From: Trichoplax sp. H2
Taxonomy: Eukaryota
Assembly: GCA_003344405.1 (NCBI GenBank)
Contig: NOWV01000010.1
Coordinates: 930,001-994,000 of the forward strand
Direction of reading: 5' to 3'
Length of the DNA stretch: 64,000 nucleotides
The notes below the pieces were generated by a model. That model made no database searches and was not told where the DNA came from. It was given only the letters and a program-made list of their open reading frames with translations. Positions within the stretch are counted from its first letter, which is position 1. Every line of letters starts with the position of its first letter. The translations under genes were made by a program, and so were the position numbers. Below are positions 29,555 to 45,351 of the stretch, in pieces.

Positions 29555-30090
29555 TACAGTACTGGTACAATCCATCGACAGTAGTTTCCGACTGAATTAT
29601 CTTGTACAGTACAGTACCGTACTGTAGACTATACTGTACAGTACTGTGCAGTGTACCAACTACTGTACCAATTACAGGTTTTAGTAGTGTAACTGTACAG
29701 TACAGTACTGTGTCTACTACGGTACAATGTACTGAGGGCGTTTCACAAAAGATTTCCAGAGATTGCAATTATACAGTACAGTATACTGAACTGTACACTG
29801 TACACTGTACAGTACACGGCACCAGTGGCACAAGGCAAGCAAAGACCAAAAACCACTGTAGGGTAGAAAAGTACTGTACTGTATTGTACTGTACAGTACT
29901 GTACAGAAGAGGTAACAGAGACTGTGACCGTTACTTTTACCAGTGCTGTACTGTACTGTACAGTGTACAGTAGATGATAGAGGTCTTGCTGGTCTGGTCT
30001 ACAGTGTACAGTACTGTAAATTCCCAGTGGCTAAGCCTGTTGATACTGTACAGTACAGTACAGTACTTTCTATTATACTGTAAGTACTGC
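29555..30090. repeat. TA(CAG/CTG)TA-rich array upstream of NRBP
   Basis: e.g. tactgtactgtattgtactgtacagtactgtacag (29872-29906). Confidence 0.9.
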
Positions 30091-30863
30091 CATAGGATAA
30101 TGATAATGATCGCAAAAAAGATGATTAATTTTCTTAGTTTGAGCAAGAATGGTCATCACGTTGATATTCAATGAAATTAATTTGTGAAATGCACTGCAGT
30201 ATAGACGTCAATTTAACGTTGGCACATCTCTTTCTCTGGATCTCTAGACTGTAAAACACACTTCTTAGAGAAGGTAAAAGATAACCTATGCAAAGTGAGA
30301 GCGACAATGCATACTGTGAACAGGTGTACCGACCGATAGTTTACAACAATTGTACAGTGTACAATCATGGAAAAATCAGGCTTATTCTGATCAAGGGTAT
30401 AGTATCAAAGCGTTCAATGGATACGGCACAGCGTACAGTACCTTTCCTTCCTTGCTAACAATATCTCGCTCTGATTTCCAACAATATTTATTTGAATATT
30501 TTGATAATTTGTAACCTTTTATTCATTTCAAGTGCCTAACCATAATAGTGAGCACTCCTCTCGTAACACCTAAGTTACTATCAACTTAACCTTTCTATAA
30601 TTTAGAATTGATGGAATTAATGGAACATACTTATTCAAATGTGATGTGATGGACATAAAATTAACATAAAAATAGCCTTTTTAACGCCAATCACACTACT
30701 TCCAAGTTGAAACACCCCACATGATAAAATCAGTAAATTACTAATAACTTCGGTTTACAGGAAGAATAGCTTGACTAACTATTATGCCTAGGTACTTTCA
30801 AATGAATAAAAAATAACAATTTATCAAATATCCAAATAAATATTGAAATTATGAAATAAAGCG

Positions 30864-31967
30864 AGATATACTTGTACACGACTGCGCAATTTTTCCCTAT
30901 TATTACAGTAATTAGATATGCCTGACATTATGTAAATGAGCTTTCCACTTTTTCAGCTTTGTGCATTCATTGTGAATCGGTTACTATGCACGTACAGTAC
31001 AGTACTGTACAGTGTACAGTATGTGTTTTATAGTACTGTACAACTGTACAACTACTGATGCACGTCCATCACTTGGTGTACCGTACAGTACAGTATGAAG
31101 TCGATGTGGTCATTAACTAGCTATTAATTACAGTACAGTACCGTACTGTAATTAATTAATCATCATGAGATGATTTATAAAACATACTGTACACGTACAG
31201 TACTGTACAGTACAGTACAGTAGGCCACGCTAATTCCCACGTACAGTACTGTACAGTACAGTACATCGTTGCTTATCATTATTACTAACATGTACTGTAC
31301 ATACAATGTAATAGAGATAAAGACAAATACGTCATAGTGCGCTTGTGCAGACATGCTTCAGAATTACAGTTTACAGTAGACNNNNNNNNNNNNNNNNNNN
31401 NAGATATACTTGTACACGACTGCGCAATTTTTCCCTATTATTACAGTAATTAGATATGCCTGACATTATGTAAATGAGCTTTCCACTTTTTCAGTTTTGT
31501 TCATTCATTGTGAATCGGTTACTATGCACGTACAGTACAGTATGTGTTTTATAGTACAACTACTTATGCACGTCCATCACTTGGTGTACCGTACACTACA
31601 GTATGAAGTGGATGTGGTCATTAACTAGCTATTAATTATACAGCACAGTACCGTACTGTAATTAATTAATCATCATGAGATGATTTATAAAACATACAGT
31701 ACACGTACAGTAGGCCACGCTAATTCCCCCGTATGTTATCACATACGTGTAATAAAAAAAATTGTTTATGTACAGCGGCAATACTTCTAATCAAAGTGGA
31801 GTTAATCTTAATCTTATTAACAGTGTGGACAGTACAGTACAGTACAGTACATCGTTGCTTATCATTATTATTAACATGTACTGTACATACAATGTAATAG
31901 AGATAAAGACAAATACGTCATAGTGCGCTTGTGCAGACATGCTTCAGAATTACAGTTTACAGTAGAC
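30864..31967. repeat. Diverged duplicate on both sides of a 20-N gap (30864-31381 vs 31402-31967), probably two haplotypes assembled in tandem
   Basis: Copy A ends and copy B begins exactly at the gap edges; they differ by SNPs and indels. Confidence 0.9.
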
Positions 31968-32294
31968 AAGTTATGTCATCCTATCAACTCTATTGTCAAA
32001 TGGACTAATTAAAATGATAGCATGATCCCATTTTAGTCGGGGAGTACTAAAAGAAAGAATAGTAGCCTCTGTTTTAGTTTGCCAAATCTAAACTTAAAAG
32101 AGGGCTCATATAGATTTTAGCTCATCAAGATATTATTTATAAGGTTTCGCTAAAATTGAAAAATTTTCAGTCAAGATCGATTGGACGATTGGGTCAGTCG
32201 AAATTGAAGTCAATTATCCATCTAATTACTGTATACTATAGTAATTATTATCATCGAGACGCTGTAAAACCATTTGTTAGAGTAGTCTAAAATT

Positions 32295-36325
<4,031 letters not shown>

Positions 36326-37770
36326 TACGTTGATAAGATTCTATGTTGTAAACAGATAACGTATGAAATATACTGTATCCGACCTCCTATCACTGTTATT
36401 TGTTCATGATTCGATACTCGTATAAAAGTACGTATGTACATGTTGTTAATTTACTCGAGTTATCTGTCCTTTCCTGGTGTACGCTCCTCGTGGACTCTAA
36501 ATAAAATCCTGATAACTCTTAACCTCAACAAGCTCATGTCTTGGTTCGTGATCTAATTTTTGACTAACGAACCCGTAATATTACAATCTGAAGGTGCTAA
36601 AACTGCTGAGAAATAGTAAAATTGATACCATCTGTTATGTATGTAAGAATACAGTAACTTGTTGTACTGGACCTAACGTGTTAGCATAAGATAAGGTAAT
36701 GAATTACTAAGATAAGGGTAAAATACGCCATTACAGCTATACTATTCAAATGCAGTAAATCCTAAATAAAGGAGACTTTTCAGTAAGCTTACTAGGAGGA
36801 GTGTATCAAAGTTCCTCGTGCTAACGTTAACGACTAAGAGTGGAAACACAACGCCATCTACATGTTTAGAATTATCGTTCACCATTGTAAAGATATGCAG
36901 TGAACCTGTAGCCACAGTTGATACATATGATCTACAGTATAAAAGATCACAATTATCATTTATCGTATTTGTATCAGCTATACAGTATAATCCAACTTGA
37001 TATTGCCATATTAGTGGACATTGATAACTATTTATTTATTTATACTAAGTGTAGGAAAAATCTAAAGTTGATAAAGCATTTTTAGATGACAAAGATAAAT
37101 GAAAGCAGCAACATTGGCAGAATGCTGCTAGATATTTCAACTAAATAATTTTTTATAGGATATTCAAGTGGAAGGACATTGTTTCGTCGTCCTATAATTT
37201 TATGTCAGCCATTTTGCAGTCGTTATATGGGCTTGCTGTTCACAACCAGCCAGAATTTTGTAACGTGGTAATAATAAAAATGTACGGTAGGGTCAGGCTG
37301 GGCTGAGCGTGTGTGTGTGAGGATTGGATAGATTTGCAAATCAACTCCTGTAACTTGGAACTCTATGATCCACCGTCTGCGCTATACATTTTATACAATC
37401 AACCATTCAATTAACTTGTGACAAGTACACTGACAACAACTACAAGTCATATGACGTTGATCTTTAAAATCTGCGAGACTGTTATTAACTTCAAGGCGAG
37501 ATTTTGCGTGGTAACGAAATGAATGAAATTGAGCATATCGCTGTAGTACTGAAAAGCCTTGGTGGCTCCAACAACGCTTTATGTCTTCTGTCCAGTACAC
37601 ATAGCAATGCAAAGCTTATCGCCAAGATCTCGAATAAGGCGAGCATGAAGTCTGCACTGCACTGCTACGTAATAATCTGCATTCCACAATCACCACCGTT
37701 ATATTCTCTGGTGCGACACTAGGTCAATCACGCAATACTCTACTAGGTTAGACACAGCAAAGCAGCCAAC

Positions 37771-37970
37771 ACTGTGGAGGAGGCTTGTGCGCTGTGGAGC
37801 AGGTTTTCGCACTGTGGAGGAGGCTTGTGTACTGTGGAGCAGGTTTTCGCACTGGAGGAGGCTTTTGTGCTGTGGAGCAGGTTTTCGCACTATGGAGGTG
37901 GTTTGTGTGCTGTGTAGCTGCGCCGCACTGTGGAGGAAGTTTGTACGCTGTAGAGCATGTTTTTACTGTA
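37771..37970. repeat. G-rich minisatellite, about 5 copies of a 38-40 bp unit built from two ~20-bp halves
   Basis: ACTGTGGAGGAGGCTTGTGYRCTGTGGAGCAGGTTTTCGC starting at 37771, 37811, 37851, 37889 and 37927. Confidence 0.92.
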
Positions 37971-37989
37971 ACATGGTGGCCCTTCTCGG

Positions 37990-38750
37990 CCACCGTACAG
38001 TACCTCTCTACTGTACACTGTTACTGTACAGTACAGTATGTACAGTACAGTACATTGTACAATTGTACAGTACAAAGCTGTGACGATACAGTACAAATCA
38101 CTCTGGGAGTATCCCGCCATACTGTACAGTACAGTGTACAGTACACTACAGTCAAGTCCAGGTATCCTTCTAGCAGTACAAGTGTACAGTACAGTACTGT
38201 ACTGTACTAGTGTACTGTACTGTACAGTACAGTGGACACCTCCCCGGATGGATGGACTTTTCATACCAGATTCCGCCGAAAATGTCGACTCGGTATGAAT
38301 CTTCCATGTCTGTTTTCGAAATCACTCGTATTAATTTGAATAATGTTTATGATCTACGGTAAAGCTACTACTTCCAAGCAGAGCTTAGTAAAAGCCAACA
38401 GAATACAATGTATTAATCAAATTCAGAATCGACTGTCTGCATACTCAACTGCTGTCATAACGAAGTGTTTGACACAATTTGTTGACCAAAGTTGGCCAAA
38501 TGTCTGTCCATCCAAAGAAACGTTCAGTCCTTCCAGCTGTCCTAGCAGTCCTTGCTACAGGAGCTCAATTACAGTACATCGTACTGTAAAGCACCCGGTG
38601 AAATACTGTACCTACGGTACTTGACTGCCATCTACTGTCCTGTTGGTATAAAAGCCTTGAAGTACAGTACTGTACGGGGACCATAGTACTGTACTGTACA
38701 GTACCGTGTTGGTCTGAAAAAAAAGACCGTACTGTAGAGTATGGTACTGA
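37990..38750. repeat. TA(CAG/CTG)TA-rich arrays upstream of EIF3E (37990-38235 and 38565-38750)
   Basis: e.g. gtacagtacagtactgtactgtactagtgtactgtactgtacagtacagt. Confidence 0.9.
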
Positions 38751-38827
38751 CGACTGAGTCAGTAGCGCGTGTATAAGCCTTAAAGGCCATTGCGCCAACA
38801 AAGTCATCCATAGAAATTTTCTTCCAA

Positions 38828-41800
38828 ATGGCAGAATTCGATCTAAGCACGAGGATCGCTAGCAAACTAGATCGCCATCTCGTTTTCCCTCTTTTGGAAT
38901 TCCTCTCTGTAAATAAGGTAATGATAAATCAATCTCTGTCGTATTAGAGTATAAAAAATCCTGCGATCATCAACTACTAGTGCTGTTGCAGCGTAGATTA
39001 TTTCGTATTTGACTTTTCTGACACGTGTACTTCTTTCCCTACCGCCTGTTTGAGCCTTGTGAAAGCTCGAAATTGTAGAACGTAAAATTCTAAACGATAG
39101 TGGGCTAATGCCCATTTCAGGTCTAGACATCACTACATGTTGATATTTTTCTATCCATCGATTTGAAATGATAGTGATTACTTTATACAATGTTGACGCG
39201 TATGTATCAAAGTATCTACCAATCCGACATGGCTACTGTACTCGCATGCAATTACTCTGTAGACGATAGAATTGCCGCTAGTAATCAACAATACTGTACG
39301 GCAAATCGTTTTAATTTACTAACTACAAAGTAGAAAAATGGATAACTAATAGGACAATCTTCTACGTCTTCGTAACGTCTTAATCTTAATAACGGATACT
39401 AACTTGTAGGCTTAGTACAGTTACTGCAATAACAGCAAGGTACACAATAGCGACCAAATTCAAAAGTTTAACTATACTTTTTCTACTCACGATCTACTTC
39501 ATACTTTCGTTCAAAATTGCAAACCTATCAAATTAACTTCATCTTATAGCACTTTATATAAATTATTAGTCAAGATAGACAATACACTGTAGTTGCCGTA
39601 ACCATACGTAGAATTTTCCATAACAAAATTAATAATTTTGACAAGAAATCGATATAGCTATTGTCTAGTGATGAATTATAGATTTTATCGATGATTAATC
39701 CCCTACGTGTTAATGATAAAATTTATAGTCTAAAACTGATTAAGAGTGATATTTTCGGGTTATTAGATCTACAATGAGGATGATATCCTGAAAGGAAAGT
39801 TAGAGTTGTTAAAGAACACCAAGATGGTATGTATGCAATCTCCAAGTTTTTGCTATCCTTAAACTGCGACTATATATACTAAGTATGTACAGTAAAAGTG
39901 GACGACACCGTACTTTAGTAGTTCATGCTAATAATCACTACCCGTTCTTTCGATATTTCTGAAGATTTTTAAGACAATGATGTCGTAATATACTGTAGCA
40001 CATTTTGATTGATCTACTACTAAAGTAATATATGTTACTAATGGCACAGGTGGATTTTGCTATGGACGTTCATAAAAAGCTCTACCCTGAAATGGAAGTA
40101 CCTGAATGTAAGTAATACACCTATGTTCATTATACGTCGTACAAGTGTTATACTATACCTTTGTAACCCTCACCAATGTAGGGCTATTCATATTTAAAAT
40201 GGCCACTACTTTATGTACACTTTGTTAAAAGCCATCTTGTAATCTTTCATAGCATTCCGGGATAAGCGTACGGAAGTTGTCTCTGAATTAAAAAACTTTA
40301 GAGAAAAATGTACTCCAGTGGTTGAAGTCTTTAGCAGTGACGAAGATTTTATGAAATTATTACAGGATCACAGGTCTGAATAACATGTTTTCATGAAATT
40401 CTTGTCAGTGTAGCGCAGTAATTGTTAAATTAGGAACACTGAAATTGTAGTTTTTATATTATTCCTGAAGCTAATGCTGTGATGTAGAGCAGGTCAAGTT
40501 ATATATTAAATGAGTATAATCTACAGTTCAGTGATGAGATTTTTGCCGCCCCAGTCTGATTTTCTGTGGTGAATGGCTTAAAAATTCTGATTTCAATGCA
40601 CACGTACAGTATCTAAATATGAAACTGTATATAGGTTGCTGTTTTGTATACGCTATACGTTACGGAAATGGATATAGTAATTATAATCGTAGAAATTTAT
40701 CGCTGTAATAACAGCTTTCTTTATCGGCGCTCTTGCATCGATTATATAGGGATGGTCGCTATCTTTTCGATTACTTATCACGAAAACATAATGTAAGTTT
40801 ATCCATTCATCCTATAGTAATGGTGTTGTTACTGCCGTCGATTCTGTATAACTAGTGAATTATTATATTAAATTTTCAGTATACCATTTGATAACGCTAA
40901 TGTAACTTCCAAGTATTAACTTTCATAATTTACATATGTAATTCGTACAATATCAGCTTACTGCAGTAATTTAGTAATAATTAAGTTACATTCAGTATGC
41001 TAATCTATTGCAATCCACTAACTAGATACAACCTGATACATTGGACGCACTTTATGATTACGCTAAGTTCCAATATGAATGTGGTAATTATTCTGGTGCT
41101 GCGGAATATCTACACTTTTTTCGCGTTTTGTCACCAAACGCTAATGATCAGAAAGGGGAAAGTGCTCTTTGGGGAAAACTTGCATCCGAGATATTAATGC
41201 AGAATTGGGATGTAGCCCTTGAAGATTTGCATAGATTACGAGAAGTAATAGATACCAATGTAAGTCAATGCCCTTATTGGTAAATCTAAGAACGTTAAAC
41301 CATATAATGATTCCTATGAGAATCTTACAGATTATGCAAGCAAATGCTAAATTGAACACTTTTTATTCAATATATTTATATATCTATAGACAACCTTAAA
41401 TGTCGTAGAACAATTACAACAACGAACTTGGCTAATCCATTGGAGTTTATTTGTATACTTTAATCATCCAAAGGGCAAGGATGACCTTATTGAGTTATTT
41501 TTATATGCACCACAGTAAGTAATATTCATAAGCGTGTAATTTCTATACCGAAATCTAGATTAGGATAAATGTAATACTATACATAAACTGATTATGATTC
41601 AACCTTTTATGAAAATCAATAGATATGTGAATGCGATACAAACACAATGTCCTTACATTTTGCGCTATGTGGCAGCGGCTGTTGTTATAAATCCTACTAA
41701 GATTCGACGTGGAGTATTTAAAGATTTGATCAAATTTATCCAACAGGTATTAATCGGCTACTTTAGATGTAATTATGATTATACCCTCAATCATCGGTAA

Positions 41801-42635
41801 AATATTTTCTATCATTCTAGGAATCTGGAGCGTATAAAGATCCAATAACGGAGTTTCTAGAACATATTTACGTCAACTTCGATTTCGATAACGCACAGCA
41901 GATGCTTCGAGAATGCGAAACCGTAAATCAGTAAAATTTAGATCATATTATGTCTACAAGCCCTTAGACTAATTCTATTCATTTATTACTATACAGGTCA
42001 TCTCTAATGATATTTTCTTGGTAAGTAGCCTGGATGATTTTATTGAAAGTGCTCGTCGCCTTATCTTTGAAACTTTTTGCCGTATACATCATCGTATCAG
42101 TATAAGGTAACTACTATTTGCTGGATCGAAAAGTTATATAAATATCATAACTACAAATTCTAAGTACGCTATATTGCATTTGCAGTATGCTTGCTGAAAA
42201 GTTAAATATGACACAAGATGCTGCTGAAAGATGGATTGTTGATTTGATTAGAACCGCATTATTAGATGCCAAAATTGACTTAAAAGAGGTACAACGAAAT
42301 ATTTCAAAAGCGTTAGTAATAAAATTTGTAAATGACCAAATGATTTTGTTATCAATTTCAAGGGGCATGTGATTATGGGAGTGCAAATGCCGTCGGTTTA
42401 CGAACAAATCATTGAAAAAACAAAATCATTAACCTTCAAGACACAATACTTAATGCAAAATATCGAGAAAAAGACGAATATGCAGAAATCTGGTCGCGAG
42501 GGAAACGTAAGTTTTTGCATATGACGTTCGAGATTAAGATCTCTTTCGTAACGAACTTACATTTCAAGCGGCATTAATCTTATATATTTTCACCTATTTC
42601 AGCCAATCTGGCATGGCCAGGAATCCAATTACTAA
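38828..42635 (+). CDS. EIF3E: Translation initiation factor 3 subunit E (INT6), multi-exon
   Basis: [105 protein letters not shown]; ends [10 protein letters not shown]-stop. Confidence 0.97.
40526..40595 (+). ncRNA. Intronic box C/D snoRNA, U31 (SNORD31)/snR67 type
   Basis: C box GTGATGA 40531-40537; guide TGCCGCCCCAGT 40544-40555; D' CTGA 40556-40559; C' GTGGTGA 40566-40572; D CTGA 40587-40590. The guide is complementary to the LSU rRNA P-loop ACUGGGGCGG. Confidence 0.85.
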
Positions 42636-43269
42636 GGAACACTTGCAACGATCCACCTAAGCATCCCAAGTGTTAGTGTTAGTGTACAATAGTATGCTCT
42701 GTAATTAAATATTAGCTGTATCATGCTACAAACGAGCACTATAATATCATCATTACAAAAAATAAAATTTCTAATTTACAATGTCATTCAGAGATTTCGT
42801 ATTGCTTTATAGCATTAAACTGTATGTATACAGCATAACGATTAAACTGATTTTGCTATTATCTATCCAAACCGTAAAGTTGAAGTCTGACAGTCTCAGT
42901 CCACTATTGAACGCACCATACATTGTTTTTATACCCTTAGATTATAGTATAAAGCAAAAAAATCGTAGGCAAATCTCTGAAATGCACTCGAAGTAATTAA
43001 AACCCCTCTAATATTCGATTTAATGAAACTACAATTCTGTTAATTCCTATAAAATAATCAAATTAAGAGATAAAAATACTATTTAGCGAATTTGAATTAC
43101 ATGTCGTAATTATGCACGATTAGAGGTGGATGATAGCAAACGGTAAACTGGTTATAGCAACGAAGCGTGATTAAATACTACTCGACCGAGCGCATGACTA
43201 ACTATTAAACCCAACATTAGCCGATTGTATCAAAGTTTATCGGCAACGATTGCTTCTACGAGTACATAT

Positions 43270-45351
43270 ACTGTATTGTTGTCATTAGTTATAAATCGAG
43301 GAGGGGTGACGCTTAATGCCAACTTCTTGTTATAGACAATGTTACCACATTGAAGACCAATTTGTACTTGGTAAGGTATCCAACTTATTCATAATTAATG
43401 TCACAGAAGTTGATTCAAAATTATTTGACACACGCCTTTCTTATAGTGAGAATTATTTACACGAGGCAAAGTACTAGCATAGAATATTCTACCAATGCCC
43501 ATGTAATATTCAGCTTTAGCTATTATTTACGGTATCAATCAATCAATTTAGCCTTACCAATTTGTGATACTAACCAATATCCGTGCAGTGTTTAGTTTTA
43601 GCTATTATTTACAGTATCAATCAATCAATTTAGCCCTACAGATTTGTGACACTATGACGATATGCGCAATTTTAAAATCACAAGATACCAAGCTAGAACT
43701 AAACATAAAATATAAAACGGCTAAATCGGGAGTACCGTAAACAGCAATTTGCTATCAATTGTACAATTTTGATAAAAATTTAATATATTAAATTTTGATC
43801 ATAATAATTAATCTACCGAATAACGACATATTCGATATTTACCAAATCTAAAGTATTAATACGCGTATATTAAAATTTATTTCCTATGTACAATACAATA
43901 CCCTATACAGAGGACAAACTAATATACAGAACTATACAACAAGAGACATCTAGACATGACTTTAGCAATTAATGTACAGACAGATCGAGTACACTACAAT
44001 CATTACGTATGCATAAACCCTGATATAAAGGGATCATTACCACTGCTGATGCTGCTCGAGCTTACTTTAGCGTAGTATTGCATCCAATAATTTGAACCTG
44101 ACTTCTGTATCACTAAAATGAATACACATAGACTGTATATACTAGTAGTATACTCTCATTATAATACTCATAAAAATCACTCTTCATCATATTTTAGAGA
44201 TTCTTATACTTTATTCAATTTGTGAAGTTCAAGTCATGATGATAAGTTCGTACCATTGTATTATTAAACAAGCATACTCTCTCATCATAACACTCTTATA
44301 TATATTAATATGTGTTCTTCATAATTTGTAATGTTTCAGTGATTTATTATTAAATTCAGCTTATGAGATTTGAGCTCGGACAATAAATCAGTATCATTGT
44401 ATTGATAAATGTCGTATAACTTGATACTTGGTATCAGTAAAATACAGTAGTCACAATTATGTTTACTAAGGTCATCAATTATTATTATAATTGCTATAGA
44501 ACCAAGTTTTAATATACAATTAGAAAATTAAGAATTACTTCATCATTAATTGACAAATAATTAAACTACTTGTATTCATAACCTGTTAGTAGACGCTACA
44601 GTCGTCGATATATTAGAATAATAAATTGGATTCTGAAATCTATTGGTATCAATCTGAACTATTTGTTGCAGCCAGTAGGACAAACATCTTCAATATTACC
44701 CATTCAGGTGTTATACCTATCTTGCACTTTCTATTTAATGGGTACAGATTATTCTCTTCTTTGTAGGCTTTTAATGATATGTTTAAATCTATTTTAAAAT
44801 TAATGCTTTGTAATGATAGCGTCAAAGCGCTTATTAACTAATTTAAATCCAATAAAAAATTTTCAATGCTTACCTATTGTACTAGGGCTTATTGATATTG
44901 TTATAATCGTAACCACTAAATTATATAACATTGATGTACAAGCTAATTGAAATTGATTAGATGTAGAATCTTTTAATGACCGTTAAATATTCAACGGTGC
45001 ATTATACTTTGAATCTTTTTGGATCAAATAATACCATGTTTGCCATCTGCGTCATGGTTTATTACAGCTGTTAAATATAACTAATTGTTATTAAATCTAG
45101 CATATTGTCTTGATCATACAATATGTTGTTACTGTAATAAATTTTACCCAATCACGTACAATAGTTATGTGTCTAATTCACACGTAGATGCTGGGAGCTA
45201 ACTTTAAATTTTAATCTATATACAAGACAGTGTATTTGATACCATTCAATACCCCCACCCCAATATCGATTGCCATTCTTCAAATAAATTTAGTACGAAT
45301 AAGATATAGTAGGTTCAAGTTGACTTTGCGAAGCAACAGGTAGCAATGGCG
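43270..45351 (-). CDS. Putative multi-exon gene of unknown function; structure unresolved and may extend upstream toward ~53200
   Basis: Series of short AG...GT-bounded open segments with mostly compatible phases (PLLPVASQSQLEPTISY, VINHDADGKH, VTIITISISPSTI, DLNISLKAYKEENNLYPLNRKCKIGITPEW, KAEYYMGIGRIFYASTLP); no recognisable family, and some junctions could not be joined. Confidence 0.35.

Noticed and set aside
39668-39739. Second C/D snoRNA candidate in EIF3E intron 1 (GTGATGA...CTGA)
   Set aside because: No rRNA complementarity that I could recognise, and it lies very close to the acceptor; needs snoscan or Infernal
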